Source of the DNA: Thermodesulfobacteriota bacterium
GTDB lineage: Bacteria > Desulfobacterota_D > UBA1144 > Nemesobacterales > JAJCZQ01
NCBI GenBank assembly: GCA_965203965.1
Contig: CBDBDR010000008.1
Span: forward strand, 1-31,748
Reading direction: 5' to 3'
DNA: 31,748 bases
Shown: positions 1 through 13,432 of the stretch, in pieces
Position numbering within the stretch: position 1 is the first letter of the stretch
Layout: each line of letters starts with the position of its first letter
Notes under the pieces: model-generated
The model's database searches: none
Told to the model about the DNA's origin: nothing
Seen by the model: the letters and a program-made list of their open reading frames with translations, nothing else
Made by a program: the position numbers and the translations under genes

Positions 1-114
1 GTCCAGGCGTGCAAGTGCATAATCTTTTTCTTTCTCACTCCAGCGCTCAAAGCGGATCATATATCCTCCAGCTCTTCCACAGAGGAAGCATTCCTTCTTT
101 GCTGATGGCTCCAT
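1..114 (-). CDS. 5' part of an uncharacterised protein with an N-terminal CxxC; runs off the window
   Basis: ATG at 114 opens MEPSAKKECFLCGRAGGYMIRFERWSEKEKDYALARLD with no stop to the edge. An acceptor-like 'tcacag' sits just upstream and a possible 5'UTR donor lies near 320. Family not recognised. Confidence 0.4.
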   Translation of the reverse strand, partial: MEPSAKKECFLCGRAGGYMIRFERWSEKEKDYALARLD

Positions 115-656
115 TGCTGTGATAACATCAATTATACGCATCAATTTTGTATTACATTTGTGAAGTAATTTTAGAATTGTTAAAATCTCAGAACAGTAAC
201 TTTTAAAACATCACTTTGTAGCTACAAGTGTACTCTATCACCTAGTGCTTGTAGATAGTGTGTAGCTGCTTTAATACAGAAGTGTACCTAAGCTAAGTAG
301 GTGCAATCAAAATACTGACCTTCTTTGTATTCCTAAGTGAACTGCGTCTTCCAGCTGTTTTTGCTTCACGTTATTTGCATGCGAAGTACTTACACCTTTG
401 TTCTACATGCTTGTAAAGTTAGGTTGGTCTAGCATCAATCATGTAAGTGTGGCGAGCGTTTTAGTCGAGCGTCCTGTTTGCGCAAAAACGCCATTACTCG
501 CGTGCGTGGGCGTACCCGTTGCAAATAAAATCCCAATGCCATAATACAATAATTGTACGGTTGCGATTCGACTGCTGTGAGTTAGTACTGTTCTCTATTG
601 AAAATTGCATGTACAGTAATCCAAGAGTTATGAACTCTTGAGTAATCATAACAGAG

Positions 657-1245
657 TCAGCTGGAAGATGAATTTTGAGCAGTCTCGATTGGAAATTTTG
701 CTTCATTTAATTCAAATTTCCTGATCATCTCTGAAGGAAGGTCAATGTGGCAACGTTCAGCAAGTCGCACCAGGTAGAGTAGTGTGTCACTGAGCTCCTG
801 GCCTAGCTTGTCTCTCTCCTGCTCTGACCATCCTGCGGTTGGTCTATACTACAGCAGTTACCAGCTATCTGGCACTAACCCGGCAATCCAGGCTCTACTT
901 CTCCCTTCCATTGGCTGCATGATATCAATTATATCATGCATGCATAATGACACGTCATCACTTACAAAATTTCTGAAAGTTTCCCGACTTCTCCGACCTC
1001 AATGATAGATTAGTAATCAGTGACGTCACGAGTACAGTATACTACTCACCATGCCGAGCAGGAGATTCCTAGGGACAGCATACTCACCCCAACCTCTTGC
1101 TGCTGCGAAAGATGCTTGCTTATCACGACTGAAAGGAAAATAAAGGTAGATGATTATAATTACCATGCATCTACTACATTTCCTCCAAGGACAACTGGTT
1201 GGAGAAACTGAAATCGACTTTTCTTTTTTTTGAGTTATCTTCCAT
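657..1245 (-). CDS. DCTPP1: dCTP pyrophosphatase 1 homologue (MazG-like all-alpha NTP pyrophosphatase), 5 exons
   Basis: Exons 1245-1178, 1128-1050, 997-966, 914-880 and 832-657 join in frame through GT-AG introns: MEDNSKKRKVDFSFSNQLSLEEIRDKQASFAAARGWGEYAVPRNLLLGMVGEVGKLSEIFQWKGEVEPGLPGWSEQERDKLGQELSDTLLYLVRLAERCHIDLPSEMIRKFELNEAKFPIETAQNSSSS*. Matches DCTPP1 motifs FSFS..LE.IR, PRNLLL.LVGEVGEL.E.FQWK and ELSD.L.YLV.LA..C..DL. Confidence 0.9.
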
Positions 1246-1326
1246 CTTTGTTGATTTTGAGCAATGAACTCGACTCGCGCATGCAAGCACGTGGAGCAAA
1301 TTTACGCTCACGTGTCGTCTGTCACA
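1246..1326. promoter_or_regulatory. Bidirectional promoter region DCTPP1/MRM1
   Basis: Divergent ATGs at 1245 (-) and 1327 (+; in-frame alternative at 1264). CACGTG E-boxes near 1289 and 1309. Confidence 0.55.
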
Positions 1327-2555
1327 ATGCGCCTCGTCTTGGCTTCAGCGGCGACTACAGCGAAAAGATCAGGAAAAGTTAAGGTGCGCTAAGGCACTCA
1401 CTTTATTCGATAGTATCTCGCTTCATCTATTCAGATAAAGAGAAAAGGAGAGTATGTGTATGGTACAGGACCATGCCTTGCAGCTCTTCAAGCCGGTAGA
1501 CGGAGAGTATACGGAGTTTACTACCAGGATGGATTTGAGTGTAAGCAGTCGGACAAACATGGGTGAGAGTGCGCTAAGGTCAGAAGAATTTTGATCATGC
1601 CCGATGTAGGAGAGTATGGGAGAAAATAAAGAAAAGATTAATAGGCCGTGATCAGTTGGTGAGAGTAGACAAGCAGTCACTGGACAGAGCTGTGGGCAAT
1701 CGACCACACCAGGTGAGGTTGCACTGACTGTTGTGTGTAAAACTGAAATGCTTCAGTCTCTATCTCTAGGGTGTTATAGTGGATGCTGAACCACTTCGAT
1801 CCAAGCTATTAGAAGAGTCGTCTCTTGACTGGTGAGTGGTATTTACAGCTCTGTATAGCTTTCACTGGTTATATACTGGTTGGTTGAGCAGCACAGTAGT
1901 TCAGGAGCCCAATGTGCCACCATTATGGCTAGCCTTGTATCAGGTCCAGGTGAGCACTACCCTCACCGCCTCTCTCTGCCCTCACTGGTTTACTGCAGGA
2001 TCCTATGAATCTAGGTGCCATCTTGCGATGTGCCTTCTATTTTAGAGTTGATCGTGTTTTAACGTCTGCTAATAAAAGGTATGATTGTCTGCCTGTACCT
2101 TCACTATTCGCTCACTATTCACTCTCAGCTGTGCACTGTCTCCTGTGGTCAGTAAAGCAAGCGCTGGAGCACTAGAGATGACCACCATTCACTCTGTGTC
2201 TAATATGGCTCCGTTCCTCAAGGCAGCTGTTAGTTATGGTTGGGATGTGTTGGGTTCAGTAGGATCAGATGATATTAATAATAGACCAGTCGTCAGTTGT
2301 TATGACTATATTCCTAACAGACCAACCATACTGGTACTAGGTGAGTGTGACTGACTGATTTACGATGTATTGTGGTATTGTGATACTGCAGGTAATGAAG
2401 GTCACGGCCTCAGTCGTGAGGTTCTCTCAGCTTGCTCATCTCTGATCACTATACATCCTCTACGTACCTTGCCTCTTGGGTTTGACTCTCTCAATGTGTC
2501 TGTTGCAACTGGTGTCCTCCTTAGCTGTTTACAGAGAAACAAAACAGCTCAGTAA
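1327..2555 (+). CDS. MRM1: Mitochondrial rRNA 2'-O-methyltransferase 1 (SpoU/TrmH family), multi-exon
   Basis: Spliced exons give EYVYGTGPCLAALQAGRR, RPHQGVIVDAEPL, QDPMNLGAILRCAFYF, CALSPVVSKASAGALE, LVLGNEGHGLS and DSLNVSVATGVLL (SPOUT motifs). Stop TAA 2553-2555. Start could be 1264. Confidence 0.9.
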
Positions 2556-2581
2556 TTATTGCTTACGAATCTGATATCATC

Positions 2582-2840
2582 GATGCTTTGTTGTTGATTT
2601 GATTGTATCTCAACGATCTGGTAGTAGCAGATTTTTGATGTATCGACACACGATGGAAGGACCCTTGCTCTCAGAGGCTCATGATGCTTTATTGTTGAAT
2701 CTCGACTGCACGATCGGTAGTAGCAGATTTTTGATGTATCGACACGATGGAAAGATCCGGCTCGTGAACATTGATGTTTTATTGATTGAATATTGACTGC
2801 ACGATCAGGTAACAACAGATCTTTGATGTATCGACGGACC
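2582..2840. repeat. Three degenerate ~92-96 bp tandem repeats
   Basis: Core cgatc(n)ggtagtagcagatttttgatgtatcgac recurs with GTAGTAGCAG/GTAACAACAG at 2621, 2717 and 2809, each preceded by a gatgYttt...ttga block. Confidence 0.85.
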
Positions 2841-3375
2841 TTGTTCAAAGGTGTTATTGTCACTTACTGTTGATGATGTGTGAGTTGGAACACCTATGGA
2901 TAGGAGTGTCAGCACTGCAGCATCTTGCATCCATCCATAGATGCACTAGAAGCTATCGTTCATGCTAAGTGTGGTATGAGTGCTTCATCTCAAATGTCTT
3001 TTATGTAGATATTTCTTTGTTGTTCACTTTTAAAGCTACACTGATGGTTGATGTTTGCACACACAAGACACTGTCGATGTAAAGGCGATTTCTGCACACC
3101 TGCTTTCTAAGATGCTGATGCAGAACCCTTTATTATAAATTCTGATCCTAAGCAACCAGAGATAAAATAGTTGACTTGTGGATAAACCATACGCTGATAG
3201 TCAATGCAAAATAGTCACATATTAAAGCTTCTGAACCAAGGACAATCCGTGTGATGGAATTTGCTGACCTGCGACCAAGCTATACAAACTGTTTGATGGA
3301 TTTTGAAACTTTATTAAAAATAATAATTAGTGTTTTAGTTTTGTAATTGAACACACTATAATAATAATAATTTTG

Positions 3376-6338
3376 CTACAATGTTTCAAGATCTGCTATA
3401 ACAGTCAAAGCATCGGTATGGTTTCGAAAAAATGAGTAGCTATCGTCATTATCATCGTCGTCGCCTTCATCGACTGTTACAGGAAGAGGTGGTGAGGGAG
3501 ATGACATAGAAGGAGACTTGCTGGGAGAGAAAAGGTTAGGTGAGAGTTTTGGAGAAGCATCAGGTGTGTGTTGATGGAGAGGAAGAGAAGAGGGAAGTGG
3601 ATTGGCAACAGAGGAGTTAGTAATCACATTACGTCTTCTTGAAACTGGTGCAGAAGAACAAAACTCCAAACTGTACTGAGTATAACTGGTCTGGTCATCA
3701 AGCTGAGACTGACTTAGAGGAACGGACTTTGGGCTGGAAGAGCCATTGTTTGTTGAAGAGGCGGCTAGGAGAGAGTAGGGTGTGTGCTTCTGAGGCGAGG
3801 ATGGGTGTGCTGCTTGTAGGGGGAGTTTGAAGTTGGCAGTCGAAGACAGCGGCGATTGAGGAGAGGTCGGAGAAGGATAGTCTTGTATTGGATAAATGCT
3901 ATGGAGAAGAATGAAGAAGATTGAGACACAGGATTAGAGCACACCTGTATTTATCTCTCATTAGTCTGTCTAACAAGCCTTTTAGGTTTGGCAATGTTTT
4001 CTTGGCATTGCCTTTTGACGTGCCAAAGCCACAGTGTTGACGTACCTAAATAAGAAAAAATTAATGACACTGACAGACTGACAGTATTATGCGTTTTCGT
4101 ATGAGTTTACCTGTAAAATATCTCGCCATAGTAAGTATAGCCCAAACTGATAGAGGGTTTTCTCAACACCTTTAAAATACAGTGGGAACCTAACAAAAGT
4201 GTAGTCGTATCTCAAACTTAGTTACAAACTTACTCCTTAATGTCCAGATTTTGTTCTTCGTGAAAATGATCATAGATCAAGGAACGAGATCCAACTGGTT
4301 TGATAGGAAATTGGAGAGGAATCAGAAGGAACTTGCCTAGCAAGTGGACAAGATGAGCAGCAAATCCCAGCGCCACCGCAGTCTGATCCGCTGGAGTGCC
4401 TAGAGAGAATGAAAGAAAAGAATGATGCATGAAAAGAAGAAACTGTTTACCTTCAAGAATGGGGTCTCCATTAGGCATTATCACATCACAGATAGTGAAT
4501 GCATCATTCATCTGACAAAATATAATGATCTCGTCTCAGTGAAATGGTTATATATGGGTGCAATCACCTGTTTGATGCAGAATGTCTCTGCTAGCTCAGC
4601 AATCATTGTTCTCTGTCGTACATGAAGCTGGCGTTGAACACGTACCAACTGGTCCCTATAGGACAGAGGTCACTCAGGTCAGGTTCTAGCAATGATGGTA
4701 CCTCTTGTGCTGTGCTTGTTGAACAGTCTTCTCCATTTTGAACATCTTCCCAGCCAACTCTTCACGATCAAGCCTGTAGAGAGCCTCTGAGATGACCATA
4801 ACAATGTCATAACTTTAAAATAAGAGAATACTAACCTCTTTCGTCTAATTCTCTTTTGAATCCAGCTAGTTCCTCCCTCTCTGAACCAATAGTGTAACAT
4901 AATACAAGTTTGCTTGCTGTCACTCACTTTCTGCCATCATTGCTTTCTTCTCTGCAAGCTGTACTCGCAGTAATTCCACTTTAGCCTTCAACAGTGACTC
5001 TTCAATTTCCTAAGAGTCAAACATTATAGAAACATGTAGCTAGGAATCATCTAGTACCTTTTTGATTATTGTGTCTTTTTTATTCTTTAGCATTGATAAT
5101 TTTTGTTTGTCCATCTGAGTATAATTTCTTAACTGATCCAATCTCCGCTGATGAGCATTAAGACTGCAGGAACAACAAAGCAAGTCAGCATAATAAAGTA
5201 ACGCAGGTAGTGATTACTTTCTCAGTTCATTTAATTCATAAGAATCAGCGACCTAATAATAAAACAAGTTCAATGACAACTCTGCCTTACCATCTATCAC
5301 GCTTACCTCACTCTTCCTCACTTCAAGCAGACTCATTTCGGGAAGGAAGGGGGCAAGAGAGTGGTTAGTACAGCGTGGAGGAGGTGGATATCCGCCAGAA
5401 CTAGCCGGGACATAGTAACACTCAAACATACCCACAACAACTGTGTTACTGGGATACTCTGCATGGTCCTTGCGCTGCATCTGAAAAAAAAAGAATATTG
5501 TCAAGTGTATTTGAGAAAGAGAGAGAGAGAGAGAAAGAAAGAGAGAGAGAGCGTTACTGAGGAAGAAGCTAGCATACCGTCAGTCCCAGGTACATAAACT
5601 GTGAAAGTTTGACCAACATCTCAAAACACAGCAATTCCTGCTCACTGGAGACTTCCCAAACCCGAACCACGAAACATGTGTAACAGATAAGGAATATCAC
5701 TACTACATAGGCATTCACACCAGATGTGTATAATGTATACACAATGGACAACACTAGCATAACACATTGTAGCATTTTGTTATACAATGGGCTAAGTATA
5801 GATCATGTGAGCTTAGATTGAGATGTTTGGAAAACTGTATACATTTGTGTGCATGTGCTATACTTTCAGGATACTACTCAATACTGATGTTTCACTGACG
5901 TTGCTGTAATTCATATTCAAAGCCCCCCACAAGGGATTCTGTTTGTAAAAAGAAAAGATATTGTAATCAAGTTACACATGTACGAGCTCCACCTAGGCTT
6001 ACATAGCTCCCTTGAATGGTGTCACTTTTGTAAAGAACTGTAGAGAATAAAATTATTTATAAAGCCTTTAGGCATGGATTTATATAATATGGGCGTACCC
6101 TTTTCTGATCCTCCTGGGTCGTGAATTGTGAAGAAAACGGACACAGAGTGTGGATCACGCGACACATGTACCAACGGGGCAAGGTTACGAACTGCTATAC
6201 TCTTGATGTGCCTCAGACGACGCTGAATCAAGCGAGACAAGCTTATACATGTTCACAGAGGTCACGCCTCCAGCGTTTGTTTACCTGCTGAGTTCTGAGG
6301 CTGACGTGCCTCGGGGTTCGTAGCACCTTGGAGCTCAT
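3376..6338 (-). CDS. UVRAG: UV radiation resistance-associated protein (Vps38; class III PI3K complex II subunit), multi-exon
   Basis: Exon 1 (6338-6285) MSSKVLRTPRHVSLRTQQ splices to RRLRHIKSIAVRNL. C2-domain pieces YKSDTIQGSYNPLW, FVVRVW and NTVVVGMFECYY. Coiled coil, then BARA-type AVALGFAAHLV..FPIKPVGSRSLIYD, FPLYFKG and QHCG..KTLPNL. Ser/Pro-rich last exon ends at 3376. Confidence 0.9.
5513..5551. repeat. (GA)n-type microsatellite in a UVRAG intron
   Basis: Direct reading of a gagagaga/gaaa run. Confidence 0.9.
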
Positions 6339-6550
6339 TCTGCACGTCTTGTTTCACCTGACAAAGTAAAGAAAAGAGGGCGATCAGGCATCGAATCGAC
6401 GAGCTCTCGCCAAATTGCGCAGCTCATCAGATTTACTACTTTAATTTCGATTTTTCGTTTTTCCGATAAAAATGTATTACGGTAACTGAAGTCACAATCA
6501 CAATAATTTTTGATCCACAGTCAAATTTTTTGTTGCAAATAATTATACTC

Positions 6551-8056
6551 TTATTGTTGTTTAGCCTCACACAGTCTAGCAGTAACATCAACCAGCACCT
6601 TCAGTCCCCACTTGAACCCTTCCACTGGTATACGCTCATTGACACCATGAAACAACTTGGAGAACTTGATGTCAGGAGGGAGTCGGAGAGGAGTGAAGCC
6701 CAGGCAGACTGGTGTCTTGGTTGGGTGCCTAAAGTAGTAAGCCAGATCTGTTCCACCTGGAATACTGCACGTAAAGGTCGGTGCACCATCAGCATGTTCC
6801 GCGATGACAGATCCCATGACATCTAGCGTCTCCTTCATGACTTCATTGTCAAGATCTTGTATGTACGGAGGACGGCCCTTTGCTTCAGCCTCTAGCACAA
6901 GATCAGGTGGAAGTTGCTGTCCTTCTGAGTCTACTGTTGGAAGGAAACGTTCCAGTCCCACTACAGATTTAATATCACTGATGATGTCATCACGAGTGCT
7001 TCCAGGGAGAATGCGGCAGTCCAGTATTACCCAAGCAACGGATGGTATCTGATTGGGCTGGTCCCCTCCTCCAATGATCACAGGATTGGCAGTATTGTGC
7101 AGTATTGGTAGCAAGCCATTGATTTGGTCAGGAGTAAGCAAATAATCAGCAACCCATTCTGAGAGAAAGGGAGAAAGGAGGCGACGAATTCCAAATGCTT
7201 TAAAAGGTGGCAACTGGCTAGCCAAAGCTTCAATCTGTGCTCGGCTAGTTGGAGTCACACGCAGAGGAAGGCGAGTGGTTGCAATCTTGTGGCAGGCTTC
7301 TCCAATACGACCAATTGGATTGTCCTTGTGATAAAGTGAGCCATGACCTCCTGGACCGCGTGCAATAAGCTTCACCTTTACTGAGCTTTTCTCTCCAACC
7401 ATGATTGGAAACATCTCCTTCTGGTCTACAAAGAAAGACATTCCTCCAACCTCAGTGATGACTATGTCAGATTCCACAAGTTCAGGACGATTCTCAATCA
7501 TGTACTGTGCTCCATAGTATGCATCACCACGTTCTTCATCAGCAAGACCAGCAAAGATGAGGTCACGAGCGAGGACTAAGTTTCGTCGCTTGAAGAAGCA
7601 TAAGAGTGAAGCTGAGAAAGCAGCCATGTTTTTCATATCAATGGCACCACGACCATAAAGGCAACCATCTTCAGGGTCGATATGCCCTCCAAACGGATCA
7701 TGCTTCCATCCCTCTTCCTCCCAATTCTCTCTCGGAGCGTGCACAGTGTCCAAGTGGGCGCTTAAGCAAAGCGGACCTTTCCCAGAACTCCCGTCACCTT
7801 TAATTCTTGCTATAATGTTTCCTCTGCCTTGCTTCGGTTCCACAACATCGTACGGTATGCCGCAAGCATCGAACTTCTCTCTGAGCAGATTTACAGCCAG
7901 CATCTCTGTCCCTTCTTCTCCAAAGTTCTGAGTGTCCAACCGTATGAGCTGCTGGAGCAAACTAACCGTTTCTTCCTCGAATTCACGCCATTCTGCCGAC
8001 TGAAAGCCATCAAACAGCTCGGCAACCAAAGCGCTCACGTTGGATTCAGACGCCAT
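6551..8056 (-). CDS. Intronless M20/M25/M40 family metallopeptidase/amidohydrolase, 501 aa
   Basis: Single ORF with all M20 metal-site motifs: HLDTV, YGRGAIDMK, ADEE, TEVGG, GGHGS, GGTD, FHGVNERIP. Confidence 0.93.
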   Translation of the reverse strand: MASESNVSALVAELFDGFQSAEWREFEEETVSLLQQLIRLDTQNFGEEGTEMLAVNLLREKFDACGIPYDVVEPKQGRGNIIARIKGDGSSGKGPLCLSAHLDTVHAPRENWEEEGWKHDPFGGHIDPEDGCLYGRGAIDMKNMAAFSASLLCFFKRRNLVLARDLIFAGLADEERGDAYYGAQYMIENRPELVESDIVITEVGGMSFFVDQKEMFPIMVGEKSSVKVKLIARGPGGHGSLYHKDNPIGRIGEACHKIATTRLPLRVTPTSRAQIEALASQLPPFKAFGIRRLLSPFLSEWVADYLLTPDQINGLLPILHNTANPVIIGGGDQPNQIPSVAWVILDCRILPGSTRDDIISDIKSVVGLERFLPTVDSEGQQLPPDLVLEAEAKGRPPYIQDLDNEVMKETLDVMGSVIAEHADGAPTFTCSIPGGTDLAYYFRHPTKTPVCLGFTPLRLPPDIKFSKLFHGVNERIPVEGFKWGLKVLVDVTARLCEAKQQ

Positions 8057-8108
8057 TTTGTGTTAGAAGAATAAAAGGTGTGGCTGATTATCTGCAAAAT
8101 TTATATAT

Positions 8109-9583
8109 TCAAGTCAGTTCATCTATTGACAATTCTTGAGACCACTTATACAAATCATCAACTGCATCTTGTTCTTCTAGATCAATATCATCTTTTTCAT
8201 TCTCAGTTGCAGCCAACTGCACATGGACACAATTTGCATTAGTGTATTGCAGTGAGTCCTTGTTTCTCACCTCTTCTCTGTTGGAGCTGGAGCTGTAAGC
8301 TCTCCTCATCTTCTGAACTCTCTGTTGTGCTAGCCGTGATTGTCTTCCTCTTGAGTGAGGCTTGTCTGATGGAGATGTAACTGTGATCAGCGGTTTACGC
8401 GGAGAAGGAGTTCGCAAGTTAGAGCTAGGGCTAACAGAAGAGTATAAATCATATTGATAGTGTAGCAAGCTACCTGATTGATGAAACAGCTGTGATGCGT
8501 TCTATCTGCTCATTCTGTGTTGGCGGTCTGCTGAGAGATGCTATCCAATCCAATGACCTCCCTCTCATCTCGGGATGATGCGCTCGTGTTAGAAAATCAA
8601 CTATGTTGTACATCTGACTGTGTCGAGGTAGAGCTGAGATGAGAACAATAGAGAAAATATTTTTATTATGTGATAATGACATTTTGATATTATTTTTACT
8701 CACAGTCCAATGTCATTCTCCTCCATTGGTTATCTCTTCCTCCCATATAAGCTGGGCTTTCATCCAAACATGCAGTGTACTGCAAATGCAGCCATTAAAA
8801 GTTCAATACTTGTTTCGATTCTTCTAGTTAGCTCACTTTCATGTAATCTTTAACAGTAGTGACATCCACTGGATCTGTGACCTTCATCTGCTGGTGCTGA
8901 CAAGTATCTAGTAGGAGCTGGTCATAGAACTTACGATTACCCATCATGCGACAAGCATCGCTTGCTGCCTACAAGACCAGAATAGAGATTAGATAACTTA
9001 TACAGTAGTGCTGTTGTTTTTACCTCTGAGGCTGGTCTAATCAAACTCCTTCCACTGATATAGTGGCTGTGGGTTGACAGGTATATTTTGAACACAACCA
9101 CTGGTGGAAACTGGAGCCCGGATAATCTAAGAAAACAGTTAGCACTGCATGCAATGTTTCTCACTCACCTAAACTTGACCTTAGGCTGCAGAACAGGATC
9201 AGTGAGCAATGATGCTTCCCTTGGACTGAGTTTGCGGAGCACTTCACGTGTCAGAGAGTGTTCCTATAAACATTGCAACAGCAAATCACTGAATTACAGA
9301 TGGTCTCAGTTTGCATACTTACTGCTGCACAAATAGCATGCTTCAATGTAGAAAATATTTTGCGATTCCTCGCTCCTATCCACCATCTCTCCAACACTGC
9401 CACTGCGTTTCTCCTACCATGCAACAAGTCATGAGACTATCCCACTATCTCTATTTGCTCTCACCTCTTGTCGCCGCTACTTTGTGATTCCACAAGAGGT
9501 GATATAGACACTGATCTTGCGCTACTTACTTCGGGCACCCGGATTACCCCTTGTAGAAACCCGACATTGGCCGGAGCCGCCAT
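8109..9583 (-). CDS. CXorf58: CXorf58-like uncharacterised protein, multi-exon
   Basis: Spliced exons give LKHAICAAEHSLTREVLRKLSPREA, KFRLSGLQFPPVVVFKI, DACRMMGNRKFY, DVTTVKDYMKY..LDESPAYMGGRDNQWR and C-terminal DLYKWSQELSIDEL, matching the CXorf58 family pattern. Confidence 0.75.
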
Positions 9584-9671
9584 GTCGATCGATTGTTGAC
9601 CTGTTGCTCGTGGATACTAATAATGTAGTAGTAAAAAGGTTAAAATACATGCCACGCCTTCCTTGAGCAAG
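9584..9671. promoter_or_regulatory. Bidirectional promoter CXorf58/MCCC1 (88 bp)
   Basis: Divergent ATGs at 9583 and 9672; SP/KLF-like GCCACGCC at 9651-9658. Confidence 0.6.
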
Positions 9672-13287
<3,616 letters not shown>

Positions 13288-13432
13288 TAACAATATACAT
13301 TGAGTCATTTGAGTGTGCATTATTATTATTATTATGATGACCATTGAGATCAGCTTTAGAGAAAAGGCAGGAGAGTCGAGTCAGTTTTGTAATATAAATG
13401 ATCAGTTATAATGACACTAAATCATTATAGTA

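Noticed and set aside
1384..1580. Shared GTGCGCTAAGG in MRM1 introns 1 and 2 (possible introner)
   Set aside because: Only an 11-nt match; the rest of the introns is unrelated.
2582..2840. CRISPR array, or a selenoprotein-like VVADF*CID repeat
   Set aside because: The inter-core segments are homologous to each other, the context is eukaryotic, and the frame is not kept across units.
6400..6432. CTGATGAG plus a hairpin (minus strand) resembling a hammerhead ribozyme core
   Set aside because: No GAAA after the stem and no stems I or III.
6530..8074. Several plus-strand ORFs overlapping the M20 gene
   Set aside because: Antisense shadows with no recognisable motifs.
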